A DNA stretch of 64,000 nt from Hemiscyllium ocellatum (taxonomy: Eukaryota), in assembly GCF_020745735.1 (NCBI RefSeq), contig NC_083422.1, forward strand, positions 28,582,001 through 28,646,000. The letters are read 5' to 3'. A program made the translations under genes and the position numbers. The notes beneath the pieces are model-generated. The model had not been told where the DNA came from. It did no database searches and worked only from the letters and a program-made list of their open reading frames with translations. Shown here one piece after another: positions 1 through 13,206 of the stretch (the stretch's first letter is position 1; every line of letters begins with the position of its first letter).

Positions 1-3000
1 TTGAGAGGACACCACAATGTAAGTAATATGCTGGGGAGGGTCAGAAACTCACTATATGCTGCATTTGTCTCATGATGCCAGTTGCAATTTGGGGCAAACT
101 GATTTTGGCGTAAGTTGCCACTCCTATTACTAGATATGTTTTCTTCATGCTCTCTGTCTAAAGACATGGACTAGCATTGGTAATAAAGGCCATTTCAAAT
201 AACTATGCTACAATTGCTTTCACCATGGTTACAGCATACTACTTGTTGTTTATTCCTAGGGATGGGGGTTACATTAAATACTGTGATATCTGTCCTTTTA
301 AACAATAACTTATACAGAGACAGATGAAAGGAGAAATAACAAACCCCCTTAAAAAGTGCAAAGCTAACTGGGCATTTCCTGAGTGACTAACAACTGTGCG
401 ACTAACACTATTCCTTCTCATGCCAGCTAGAACAAAACAGTCAGATCTGTATCATTATTCACCACATTCACTTATCCTATTTCTCCAACTCCTACTTGGC
501 ACAATAATGTCAACCCCACACCACTTCCAGCCACAAAGTGCAGCACGGTCAGACAGCTGCTTACACTGTTGTTGTGATATTAGCAATATCACAGCTGTAA
601 AAGTTCAATGACATGGAGTCCAGTGATTCAACTTTTGAAACACACAAATTAAACTGCAAGCAATGCTCAAATAATTGAAGGTTGACCTGGTAATCATCCC
701 ATTACTTTTTTAAAAAAAAATTAAATCTTCAGGGTCATCTGGGGCTTCCATCGACTTTTCCTTTAAAAATGCTGTTGCTCCTCCCACCACCCATTCAGCC
801 TTGCAAATTCTTCCAAAGGTCTCCATTAAAACAACTTTCAACAACGCCTGACACCTGGCCTCCTTGTAAGGGCCAGCAGGAAACATTAATACCAACCAGC
901 AACCAAAGTATACTATATTTCTGGTGTGTTTAATCTGCATTGCCCCTTATCACAGCTGGGAGAGAAAGGTCAGCCTTCATGTCTCTTGTGAAGTTCCCAG
1001 TCAATAAAATTAGAAAAAGTGCTGTGGTATCGAGGTTATATCATGTTAACATTGCTAATCTACTGTTCAAATTTTTCACAACCCAATGCAGCTTTGCAAT
1101 CTGAAATTCCAACAACACACGACTTTGGGGGCAAATTGGGATTTATCCATGCTTAAGTGATCTACAGCTACATTATTTCCAAAGGGAGAGCATTGAGTGC
1201 TGAACCAGCCAGCGACACCCACATCCTGTGAGTGAATAAAGAGCATGTTAAACTATGAGTGAGATAGCATTGCTTCAGAGCATATTTTTGATTATGCCCT
1301 CTTCCAAACTTGTATTTAACAATATTGTACATAACATTGCTCATTATCAATTTCACTGGGGAGCAGTTAAGATCTGCATGCAATTTGTAATGAACTCTGT
1401 TGTAATTCCAACGGAGATGAAAACACAGCAAGATGACTGAGCACCAATAATGAACAAGGACTTTGTTTGTTTCTTTCAGTCCCTCTCACATTTTCTTGTG
1501 AAAGATCACTTTGTCCTTGAGAATTGTTTGCCAGCCCCATGTTATTATTTTATGCAATATTAACACTTTTTCATGTGTTCCAGACTGTAACTTGTCTTTG
1601 GATTCTGAACCTCCCAACAATATTAATGAAGTTTCAGTCATTTTTCAGATACAATGCCGTATACTTCAACCTTGATTTCGTTTTTCCCTTGGGTTCTTAG
1701 GTAGTTTTCACCTAGATGTTTGCAGTGGCTTACAGTCATACATTACAACACAATTACACTTACTGATCTAGAAGATAATATATTTGGAAACACATTTAAA
1801 GTGTATGCATCAAGAATGAATAATGAACTAAACAAAGATATGTAGTCTTAAATTTTCATTGGAATGTTTATGGAATATTTAAGGGTGGCAACAAGTTTTG
1901 AAACAAATTTACAACTCGCAAATTCCTTTGCAGACGCTAGTACAATCACTTTTGGAGGAATTGCAAAGTTTCATTATAAACACTGAGCAAAAATGGTGTA
2001 TTGTATTCATTCCAACAATGATCTCAATCAAAGTCAACTAGAATAGGGTTCTGCACAGTCAATCTCTGAAACACATTGGGCAGAGTCTTATTGTGGTGTT
2101 GGGGGTTTTGCCCCCAGGACAGCTAGCTTCTGCCAAAGTTAAATGGCAGTCTGTTCAGTTATGGGGCCCGCCCGGTGCCTCAAATATATATAATCTTGCA
2201 CAAATAAAAGTTGCCTTAGGTTTGTTTGTTGGATAGAGTCAAATGCCAATACTTGTTTGTTTCTTTGCATATTACTGTCCAGAACCAGTAACTGTTTTAG
2301 TGACTATGTCAACGTTATATATACTATATTTGAAATAAAAAGAAAACAAAAGACTAGCAATGTCTTTTCTCAGGAAGGCCCACTGAACTACACAGCGCTT
2401 TTGTTGGCTGGAAATAGAAGCAGGGAATGGCTTCCAATAGACAGAGCCCTGCTTTATGTCCAGGCCCTCAATTAGGTACATGGTGCTTTTGATCAAGGAC
2501 CACCCATTCCTTACTTCCGAGGTGACAAGCTGTCTGCAATGTAGCACCTAACATGAATGTTGCATAGCGACAGCCCAACTGTAGCCTGATGTTGGTTTGT
2601 GCCCATAAATTAAACTTAGTTGATTTCAATTGGCCACTCAAGGGCCTCAATGGATTCAGACAGAAAGGTTGAACTTAATTCTGGCGGAGGCAGCGTTTGG
2701 GAATTCCTTGACCCTGCCTAATTAAGTGCTATTCCCACCTCCAGGAGTAGAAGATCCCATCCATTTTGAGTTAGGTACCAATGGGTGGCTGGTAAATGGA
2801 GAACCTGATTCAGCACCAACGAGAGAGCAAGTGGGTGGCAAAATACAAAACTGGAAATTAAAACTCATTGAATATTGCTGAAAAATGAAGACTCAACTGT
2901 TTCAGCTGGAAACTGGAGAATCAAAATAATATGAAGGAACATTAACTACAATTGAACCGAATACTGCCTTCTGTCATTCTGTAAAACCTTTTCATAAATT

Positions 3001-3503
3001 TCATGCTGCACACATATTCAAGTTCTCATCTATAAATGGACTAATACATTTGTTTAAACACCAAATGCATATGCATATAGACAGGAGGGAAAAAAGAGAG
3101 AAACGCACACAATCTGTCTTGCAATAAAATGTACATAAATGTGCTATGTTACTGCATGCCGGTTACATTTGCCAGTCAATTACATTTACTTTAACAGCTG
3201 TAAATATCTTTGGAAATCTTTATGTGACAGTTGCTAATCTGAAAGTAATTAATTGTGTGTGAAGTGCTCCAAGATATTCCTACATGACATGATAAAGACT
3301 TCAAGTGAATTAAAATCTTTCCTTTCTACACTCAGGTTATTAGCTTCATATAAATTATTAAACTACCCAGAAACCTTTAAAAATAATTTAATAAATTGAA
3401 ACAGATTTTTGTTCCAGAATCTGATAAAGGTACTGATTCCTAGAGCTACTTGCAGCTTGCTGGGATCTCAAATAAACTGATATTCAAAAATTATCCAAAA
3501 GTC

Positions 3504-3784
3504 ATGGTTATTAAAGCCATGTACAGAGATCCTAAGGTAGTACTCAGTTGTGGGAATGATGGTTATTAAAGCCATGTACAGGGATCCTAAGGTAGTACTC
3601 AGTTGTGGGAATGATGGTTATTAAAGCCATGTACAGGGATCCTAAGGTAGTACTCAGTTGTGGGAATGATGGTTATTAAAGCCATGTACAGGGATCCTAA
3701 GGTAGTACTCAGTTGTGGGAATGATGGTTATTAAAGCCATGTACAGGGATCCTAAGGTAGTACTCAGTTGTGGGAATGATGGTT
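3504..3784. repeat. 55-bp minisatellite, 5 copies plus 6 bp
   Basis: Unit ATGGTTATTAAAGCCATGTACAGGGATCCTAAGGTAGTACTCAGTTGTGGGAATG starts at 3504, 3559, 3614, 3669 and 3724. Only the first copy differs (AGAGAT vs AGGGAT). Confidence 0.97.
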
Positions 3785-4229
3785 GACGCCTTTGTTTCCC
3801 CCTTTACAAGGGCACTGATTCTTAAACTGAGCACTTAATTACTGCGCTAGCAACGCAGTAGAAGATCTTTACCTCATGTGTTCCATCGTTCAATGTTATT
3901 GCAGTGATGCTATATTCTCTTTAAGAAGAGGAGCAAACAGAGGAGGTCTGTAATTAGGTATTATTTATAAAAAGTGTTAAGAAATTGCATAGAAAGAATT
4001 TATTAAAATGTACATCAGTGAATAACTTAGGATACATGTAAAATCAGACTCAGTGGCAAGGCTTGGGTTATATGCATCCACTTCATATAAATGTGCAAAA
4101 GAAAACTCTGCTAGGCATTATCATTACTCATGTTGCAAAGATGCACCTCTACACTCAACCAGGTCCATAGTATACCAATATAATATATGCCTGCCCTTTC
4201 TTGCAGCATCTTCCAAATAAAGGAACTAA

Positions 4230-4715
4230 ACCAAAGGGAGAACATTAAGGCTCTGAACGGAATGCAACAAAGCTTTATCAGACCGATTCTTGGGATGGTA
4301 GACATGGGAAGAGAGACTACATTAGTTAGGACTATATTCACTGGAATTTAGAAGAATGAGCAGAACTTCATAGAAAAGAATAAATGCAGGAAGAATGTTC
4401 CTAAGGAGCTCAGTACCAGGGCTCAGAGTTTAGGGAAACAGGGTAATAAGACATTTGGATAAATACATGAATAGGAAATGCTTGGAGGGACATAGGTGGG
4501 AGTAGTTTTGTTTGGGATTATGTTTGGCATAGACTGTTTGAACTGAAGGGTCTGTACAACTCTGAGGAGAAATGTTTTCATTCAGAGACAGGTGAGTCTG
4601 TGGAATTCTCTGCCACAGAACAAGGCTGAGGCCAAAATATTGAATGCTTTCAAGAAGGAGATAGTCACAGTTCTCTGGGTTAAGGATCAAAGGGTATAAA
4701 GAGAAAACAGGAGGG
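4230..4715 (+). mobile_element. Decayed CR1/HER1-type LINE 3' fragments
   Basis: Remnants such as GGACTATATTCACTGGAATTTAGAAGAATGAG and TGTGGAATTCTCTGCCACAGA match the CR1 ORF2 C-terminus seen intact at 32812-33506. Confidence 0.7.
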
Positions 4716-5814
4716 TTACCATAAACATTAAAGTACCTGCCTTAATGAGCAGTAATATTCAATGTCGCTACATGAAAAGCGCAACATAATGAGAATATAA
4801 TGTGCTTGGCATGAGATAAAGTAATTTAATCATTAAAGATTATTGCATTTACTCTATTTCCTGACAGAATTGACTGACTTGGTATAAAGTTCCAGGAAGA
4901 TAAAATGGTGTGAAATCACGCTAAAATTTCTGAAGTTAACAGAGTAAGTCTCAAGCTAGCAATACAACTGCAGTGCAAAAGTTATCTCCCTACCATCACA
5001 GTAATGTTTGAAGCACTATTCTTAACCAGATATTTATCAATATTTTATTTGAAAGACAGTTACCAGTCACTGTCATTTTTAATCCTAAAACTATTTTAAC
5101 CTTTAGGTCAATTATAACTGTGATCTTTGTTGGCCACATGATTTCATGATGGAATTTTGACCATGTAAACAGGGGGTAGTTCTAATGTTACAGCGTGGTT
5201 AGTTTAGGTGGAGGCAAACACACTGGAGGAGAATGTAAATCAGGAGAAGATAAAGAGAAATGTTCTTGCTCCACCATAAAGATGTGCAGCTGAGCAGTGA
5301 GTGAAGGCTCCCTACAGGGTTTATTCTGAGAGAAATAAGGCACAACTTGTAGCTGCCTAATAAATTTAAAGTGACTCAGTACTGTATGTGTAAAGAAGAA
5401 TTGCACCATACACAATAAATACAATCTAAAAGGAAACAGTGGTAGGAGACTTTACACAAACAGTTATAATTGGGCGTGGGTTCTAGGTTTGGGGAAAAGT
5501 TCAGGCTTCAAGGATCAAGGTGGGGTGACAGATAGTGAATTCACCAATCCTCAGGGTACAGGACTGGCAGGGTATCAGCTATCCTAATTGAGGAATGGCC
5601 AATCTTGACAGAGAGGTACAGTCTTCAGTCTGGGGATATGTAAATTGCAAAGGAGCTTCGATTTAGGGTGATATAATCTCTGACCCTAGGAGAGAGTCCA
5701 ATTGTTGCACAAAGTGCAATGGCAATCAAGGAAGTTGTGATGTATGTTGGGCTGGAACAAATTACTCCTGCATCACCTGACCCCCCAAAAGTGTAGTAAA
5801 GGCACCTTACACAG

Positions 5815-6085
5815 TTACAGAGTCATAGAGTCATACGGCACGGAAACAGACCTTTAATTCAACTCATCCATGCCAACCATGTTTCCCAAAATAAATTAGT
5901 TCCAATTGCCTGATTTTGGCCCATATTCCTTTAAATCTATCCTATTAATATACCTATCCAAATGTCTTTTATATTTTGGAAGTACCTGCATCTACCATTT
6001 CCTCTGGCAGTTCATTCCACAATGAACCACCGTCTGTGTGAAAAAGTTGCCCCGCAGTTCCCTTTTAAACATTTTTCCTCTCACC
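5815..6085 (-). mobile_element. HER1/CR1 LINE 3' end fragment
   Basis: AGAGTCATAGAGTCATAC...GGAAACAGACC tail and CTGTGTGAAAAAGTTGCCCC are reverse-complementary to the 3' end of the 24920-25470 copy. Confidence 0.8.
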
Positions 6086-6619
6086 ATTTGGTTCCCAAGT
6101 TCCCTTTCACAGTTTCACAATTTAATGTGGGTGGCTTAGGCAGAGGTTTGGATCAGGTTTGAGATTTTTGAAATGTAACATCCCAACAAAACAATTCCAT
6201 CTGCTTTTATGGAATTAAAACTATCTCCACTGCATTGCAAAGTGAAACAAGGTAATTGGAAATGTTAAAAGACAACAAATTAATGTTTACTGCCATTTAA
6301 GATCTTATTCCTCCAATTTCCTACATCTGTAATAAAACAAAATGAATGGGTGAACATGCCATTAAAACAACAGAGACCTGTTTGGTAAAGTATGGTAACT
6401 TATGCATTAACAATAGAAGTTTCCAGATCTTAACATATCAAAAGAATAAAAAATTGATGCGAGATGCACAGATGATTTGTAAGGCAACTGTTTAAATTAT
6501 ATCATTTCTGCATTTCTACTTCCTCTGTGAAGTCAATTTTGAACAAGTTTACAGACAAAGTATCTGAGCTATAATGTGTTTCTGTAATCACAATCTTCAA
6601 CTCTAATTTCTCAAGCCTC

Positions 6620-7622
6620 ATGCCCTTCAGCACACTTTCTCGATTTCCCGCACCATCGGCCTTGAATCCCACTCCTCCAAACACAACAAGGACAGAATCT
6701 GCCCGGTCCTCACCTTCCGTCCTACCAACCTCCGGATACATTGCATCATCCCCTGCTATTTCTGCCAACTACAAACAGACCCCAACACCAGGGATATATT
6801 TTCCTCCCCATCCCGATCTGTGTTACGGAGAGACCATTCCCTCCATGATTCCCTTGTTAGGTCCATGCCTCCCACCAACTCACTCTCTACTCCAGGCACC
6901 TTCCCCTGCCACCACAGGAAGTGCAAAATCTGCGCCCACACTTTCCCCCCCCCTCCCTTACCGCCATCCAAGTCCCCAAAGGATCCTTCCACGCCCAACA
7001 GAGATTTTCCTGCACCACCACACATGTCATTTACTGTGTCTGTTGCTCCCGATATGGTCTCCTCTACACTGGGGAGACAGGACGCCAACTTGCAGAATAT
7101 TTCAGAGAACATCTCTGGGACACACGCACTAAACAATCCAACACCCTGTCGCTGAACACTAACTCCCCCCTCCCACTCCACCAAGGACATGCAAGTCTTA
7201 GGCTTCCTCCACTGCCAAACATTAACCATCTGAGGCCTGAAGGAAGAATGCCTCATCTCCCGCCTTGGGACCCTCCAACCTCACAGGATCAATGGGGATT
7301 TCTATGGTTTCTTCACTTCCCCTCCCCCACCTTATCCTAGATCCAACCTTCCAACTCAGCATCACCCTTTTATACTGTCCTACCTGTCCATCTCCCTTCC
7401 CACCTATCCACTCCACCTTATCACCTTCACCCCCATCTTTATCTACCTATTGCATTCCCAGCCTCCTTTCCCTCCAGCCCCACCCCTCTCCCATTTGTCT
7501 CTCAGCACCCTTGGGCTACAAGCCTCATTACTGATGAAGGGTTTATGCCCAAAATGTCGATTCTCCTACTTTTCTGGCACGGCCTGACCGGCTGTGCTTT
7601 TCCAGCACCACACTCTTTGACT
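6620..7622 (+). mobile_element. Penelope-like retroelement 3' part (GIY-YIG endonuclease and pseudo-LTR)
   Basis: ORF 6921-7340 reads RFSCTTTHVIYCVCCSRYGLLYTGETGRQLAEYFREHL (GIY-YIG) and is preceded by CHHRKCKICAH. Frameshifted. Ends in CTGATGAAGGGTTTATGCCCAAAATGTCGA...CTGACC...GCTTTTCCAGCA. Confidence 0.9.
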
Positions 7623-10170
7623 CACTTTGCCCTTTTAAAAAAAAGTTCATCTCAGAAATATAAAAAAGAAGTCTCTTCTCAGCCTCTAAATTTTAACCTA
7701 ATTGCTACCTTTATGTCTTAGTGGGCTTTGCGTAATGGCAGAAATTGATTTTTTTCTGCAAATGATAACTAAGTTAAAGAATAACATTTGCATTGCTTTT
7801 TCATCTAGTTCCTGTTGGCTCATCTCTGCAAGGTGCAGCTCCACTGTTCTCAAGGGTTTCCACCACATGTGACATCGAGTGGTCAGTTGGAAATGCTAAG
7901 AGAATAAGCATACAAGATACTGTCCAGGTACGAAGGGGATACATCAAATGGGTCAACACAAACAATAGTTCTTCCAATGTCGATGCATTAAAATGTAATT
8001 CACTGAACAATATGGCACATAATTGAAATCCCTAAATATTCTGAAAAATTTCATGAAAAGTTGTATCTTAGATATGCACAATCCGACAGAAAGTCTTACT
8101 TTCTGGTCGCTGCAAAACATAGGATATTGAGGCAACATGACTGACTTGTTTTTTTAATGATTCTGAAAGATGCTCATTTCACTCATGCCAAGCTTATTTT
8201 ACTGTTCAACAGAGCTTAGATTAGATGGTTACCAATTCATTATTTGTTAATCACAACGCAGACTATTAAACCATTACTCAGCACAGTAACTTAATTCTAA
8301 ATGAATTGTAGATTAATTATAAAATAAAACCATGTCATGATAGATTAAAAATTGCTGCGGTACAGGATTGAAAAATATTACCATTGAACAGATGAGTGAT
8401 ATTTAAATACAAGATGTAGAAATAAAAGTCACAATCCATTTCTATGATTCACTCAGACACTTAATGGTTCTGAGCCAGTCCAATGATTTCAAGTTTATTT
8501 AAAGGTCATGACAAGACTTCTGCAATCACTCATTCCAACAAAATTAAAAGAAAATCTCACCAGTGATTGAAACTTCCAGGCACAGACACTCTCTATTAAG
8601 TATCTTCAATGTCCTGCACTTGGAAGATTGGACTTCCACACTGTACTCGCATACCAGTGTGGAATAGTACATTTTTGCAATTGATTCCCTTGTGTATTAA
8701 TAAATATAGAAGGTAAATTAATAGCTTCTCCTGGACGATACCATTCAGATTGGCAGGTCAGCTTGAACCAACAGGTTTGAATAATAGAAATAATCACTCA
8801 TGTTCCATTTTTCTTCATTTTAAAATTTCTTAATTTTGTTGTTTAATTATGGACACGTTTTACAGCATCTTAATATGTCAAGTTAATACAGCTTTGGATG
8901 GTCTGCAAAGGAATCCTAGGGTTGGATGTTATGGAACTGGGAAATGTGAAGTGTGGTCATTTAATTAGATGGGATTCAGAATTTCAATTTTCCAATACTG
9001 GGCTGAGATTCAGACATAAAGTCAGTGACAAGTTTGTAGCATATTGAGCATTATGCCACCTTGCACTGGCTTTGTACTTGCATTCTTTGAATAATTACTC
9101 ATTAGCATGAGACCACCTTCAATAAAATGCCACCGTCAAGATAGGGAGCAGTATATGAGAATCTACACAGCACCTTGTTCATGATTGTTTGAAGATGGGT
9201 GTACACTAGTTGGTTTTATGCAGAAAGATTAGAGGTTTTTCCTGTTGAATTTTATGGCAAAATGGAGGGGAGCAAGAAAATGGCAGCTTGCCTGAGGATT
9301 GGCATTCACTGGTAAAGGAGATTTTGGGGTGACAATAGAGGCATGGACTAGTGAAGTGGGAAAGGCTGGTTGATTAGGATGTGGTGTTAAGGATAATCAA
9401 TTAAGGGGCCAAAAGGGCAATTAACATCAACTCTATATAGGTGTGTCCACTTCAGGGAGTTGTTTGCCTGAATCCCCACAGGGTTTTGAATTCACCTGCA
9501 ATATTTCAATTACTCCTGCCAAGGTAGCATGCAGATAATGTGCTTTATAATGCATAGAAGAGAGGGCCAACTGAGCCTGCAAGTTCAATCATGTACCACA
9601 GACTGGTGACAAGTGCTGCAGACTGACAGGAACCTGTAATAAAGAATGAATGCAAAAACGACATTGTTTATTCCAAATAAAGGAAATCTCCCAAACTCCC
9701 TGGAAACGTGAACACATTCCAACCATGAGGAATGCCAGTACATTTAGCTCTCTGACTAAGCTTATGTCAACTTACAACAATGAGCACATGATAAAGTAAA
9801 ATCGATGTAATTATTTACAAGTGAAATTTAATTGTGCTACTTTTGTCCTCTCTCGTATTTTCTTAATGGAAATGTTGTTGCTCAGGAAAGTTGTGGCCAT
9901 GATAACCAACTTCCCTATTTGATCAGGAGGCTCTCTTATAGGCTGCCTGTTGCATTGTCAGCTGATGGCTGCTTTCAGCAATTATAAGCAAGCTCTTGCA
10001 GCATTTCACATTCATGCATGATGTCAGCACTTCACTTTTCAATTGTAATCACATAGATCCTGGGAAATGGAGACAGCATAAAAGGAGCACAGTTTGGTAA
10101 ATGACGTCTGGAATGGCATGCTGTTGACAAGACCCAGCATTTGTGTGCACTCGAATGGAGACCATAGAAG

Positions 10171-10440
10171 ATCACAGAATCCCTACAGTGTGGAAACAGG
10201 CTATTTGGCCCAGCAAGCCCACACTGACCGTCTGAAGAATAACCCACCCAGACCCTTTCCCCTACCCTATTACTCTACGTTTACTCCCGACTAATGCACC
10301 TTACACATCCCTGAACATTGTGGGCAATTTAGCACAGTCAATTCACCTAATCTGCACATCTTTGGGTTATGGGAGGAAACCAAAGCACCCCAAGGAAATC
10401 CATTCAGACAAAGGGAGACAAGTGCAAACTCCACACAGAC
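10171..10440 (-). mobile_element. HE1-type V-SINE, 5'-truncated
   Basis: Has the CCCTACAGTGTGGAAACAGGC tail and V-domain GGGAGGAAACC...TGCAAACTCCACACAGAC. The tRNA-like head is missing. Confidence 0.85.
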
Positions 10441-11129
10441 AGAACTTGGATGTCTATTTCCCCTCGTAGTAATGATAATGAGACGGGGAAAGACGATAGC
10501 ACTTCAACTTGCTGCCAAAGTATTAAATAGTCACTGAAAGTTAGAAATTTAGAGAAACTGTCTTGGTTTATCATTTCATTGTGCTTCATTGAAATGTTAA
10601 TCAAGCAGCTGGTCTACAGTTTTATGTTTGGTAACGATCCCTATATATCCTTTCAGGAGACAAAGAAAGGAGAAACTGTATTCCTACTGAGGAATTTGAC
10701 AGCAGAAAGAGAACAATACCAGATAAGCTCAGGAATACCACTCTCCTCCTCTGCCACCTCCTCCTGTCACTCATAGGCACAGGGGTCTACGAACAGACTC
10801 CAACAGGAGGCAAACACAAGGAGCAGTGATAAGAAGATGACTCAGGCCTTTGTCATGTGGGTGAAAAAGGACAAACACATTTTATGAAATAATTAGCAAA
10901 GTATGTTTTCAGTTATTCTGACAATTTTCTCCTACATTTTAGTGACACAATAGTCTGCCAATACTTGGTAATGTCTGTTGCCTTGTTCAGCAGTTATTTA
11001 CCTACAATAGTTCCAGCATACGCCACTTTAGGAGTAGGCAGCAGTGCAGACCCTGGCTAATTTTAATTTACCTAGGTCATGGACACTAAACCAGGTTTTT
11101 TCTGATGGCCTCACAAAACGTTGTGCTGA

Positions 11130-11560
11130 GATCAAAATGTTTTATTAATATTCTTGGTGCACCATGTACAGCTTTGGTCTCCTTACTTGGGGAATACACT
11201 TGCATTGATGACAAGTCAGGCAAGGGCTGATTCCTGGAATGAAGCAGTTTGCTCCAAAGCTGATTAACGTGAAAAATCTGACAGGAGATATTTTTGAAAC
11301 ATGAGGGATCTTGACAGGGTGGATCAAAAAGAACATTTTCTCTCACAAGGAATTGAGGACTGACGGTACAGCTTCAAATAAGAGGTCATCCAAATAAGAG
11401 GGGGATGGGAAGGAATTTCTTCTGAGGGTTATTACCTTTTTGTGATCTCTATTCCAGGCAGCAGAGTAGAGTGGGTCACTGATAATATTCAAGGTTGAGT
11501 TGGACAGATGGATGCAGGCTCCATGGGTGAAATGGTCTATTCTTGTTCCTATTTCTAAAT
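11130..11560 (+). mobile_element. Decayed CR1 LINE 3' fragment
   Basis: CAGCTTTGGTCTCCTTACTTG (FWSPY-type), GAATTTCTTCTGAGGGTT and ATATTCAAGGTTGAGTTGGACAGAT remnants. Confidence 0.65.
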
Positions 11561-12329
11561 GTGCATTGGACTCAGCATCCATTTAGGGATCAAGCGATGC
11601 TTTGCTGAGCTAGGGAAGGTGCCAGACATGGTCTCTAAGGGCAATTGGCTTGAAGCAAAACAGACCAAGTGACTTCAGGCAATTTCAGATTTAATTAGGC
11701 AGTGATACTATTTTAAACATTTTCATTTACTGACGCTAATTTAGGTTGCAGAGTTGAATTGGTGATTAGAGGCTTGGTTCAATATCGGGAAAATCAGAAT
11801 GAAAGTGGCTCATGTCATTAATCTCAGGGACACGTTTTAATTTGCTCTAGTTTGTGAATCAATGTCCCATATATTAGAGTATTAGGTACATGAAACTGCA
11901 CAGGAAACTACAATGCAAGGGCCATAGATACAATCTGTGTATTCACTGGCATCTTTGTGTCTAATTTCCCAGCTGGTTGCATCTATTGCAGTGCAAATAA
12001 AATCTCTCATCCCTCCTGTAATTGAATGGCTGGTGAATTCGATAGTTGGACTGGGAGTAAATTTGATGTTGTCCTCTGACATTGAGCATTGTAAGAGTTT
12101 GCCAGGAAGATATCCCATTGGCATGTAATCAAAGCTCACTTTTAGTGTATTTACATGCACCAGCTCCTCTATTCTTAAAGTACTTATCTGAGTGGAAGAA
12201 ACTACCTATAGTTTCTCAAAAACTCCAAAGCCTGTCACTTCATATTTATGTTAATCTGATTCAAGAAATAATTTCTTTCCAAAATTTCACTTGCCTGATC
12301 TGTAAAAAACTCAAAGGTCAGCACCACCC

Positions 12330-12600
12330 AGAATAAAGCAGCCTGCTTAACTGTCACCTGACTCATCTTCTTCTACATTCACTCCCCCATCACTGGCACA
12401 AGTGATTGTTCAATAAAATGCATTGCAGCACATCGCACCATAGCTTCTATGACGGCATCTTCTAAATCCACAAACTCTGCCAGCTAGAGCGACAAAACAC
12501 CACAAGAGAAGAGCAACTAGCAAGCTTCCCTTCATTTCTCACACTATTCTCTCTTGCACATATTCTCCTTCATCGTTACCAAGTCAAAATCCTGGACACA
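12330..12600 (+). mobile_element. CR1/L2-group LINE 3' end (second LINE family), decayed
   Basis: AGAATAAAGCAGCCTGCTTAA...CAAGCTTCCC...GTCAAAATCCTGGA; same family as 22370-23070 and 49245-50262. Confidence 0.6.
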
Positions 12601-12631
12601 GAAACTTGGGACTTCAGAGCAGGGGTAGGTT

Positions 12632-12953
12632 TTAGATTAGATTAGATTAGATTATATACAGTGTGGAAACAGGCCCTTCGGCCCAACAAGTCCACACTGA
12701 CCCGCCAAAGCGCAACCCACCCATACCCCTACATTTACCCCTTACCTAACACTACAGGCAATTTAGCATGGCCAATTCACCTGACCCGCACATCTTTGGA
12801 CTGTGGGAGGAAACCGGAGCACCCGGAGGAAACCCATGCAGACACGGGGAGAACGTGCAAACTCCACACAGTCAGTCGCCTGAGTCGGGAATTGAACCCG
12901 GGTCTCAGGCGCTGTGAGACAGCAGTGCTAACCACTGTGCCACCATGCCGCCC
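12632..12953 (-). mobile_element. HE1-type V-SINE, full length, young
   Basis: Reverse strand has a tRNA-like head GGGCGGCATGGTGGCACAGTGGTTAGCA...GGTTCAATTCCC (A/B boxes), the V-domain, a LINE-like 3' end and a (TCTAA)n tail. Confidence 0.95.
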
Positions 12954-13130
12954 ACAAGGTTATTCTGCCTGACAAGCCTGTTCCAACAGTTTGGGTTATG
13001 ACCGCAACTCCATGAACATGATCACACTCATCCATCCCCTCAATTCAATCCCCCCAAAAAAACCCTACATTCTCTTGTTTATCAAAAAAACTAATTCAGC
13101 CTTAATTAATTCAATGGCCCAGCCTCAAAT

Positions 13131-13206
13131 TGCCTGAAACGCAGATTCTCCTGCTCCTCTGATGCTGCCTGACCTGCTGTGCTTTTCCAGCACCATACCT
13201 TTTGAT
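13131..13206 (+). mobile_element. Penelope-derived pLTR mini-insertion
   Basis: GAAACGCAGATTCTCCTGCTCCTCTGATGCTGCCTGACCTGCTGTGCTTTTCCAGCA, flanked by CAGCCTC on both sides. Confidence 0.75.

Noticed and set aside
2078-2762. Harbinger-type MITE remnants (also about 9240-9430 and 63540-63730)
   Set aside because: GC-richer patches with TTAAT..GGCC words resemble shark MITEs, but TIRs and TSDs are too decayed to support boundaries.
3504-3784. CRISPR-like array
   Set aside because: The units are contiguous and identical with no unique spacers, there are no cas genes, and the context is eukaryotic.
6620-7340. Overlapping Pro-rich ORFs as a novel gene
   Set aside because: They are alternative frames of a C-rich, frameshifted Penelope fragment.
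12870-12953. tRNA gene (also at 42227 and 52345)
   Set aside because: The A/B boxes are the tRNA-derived heads of HE1 SINEs and run straight into the V-domain.
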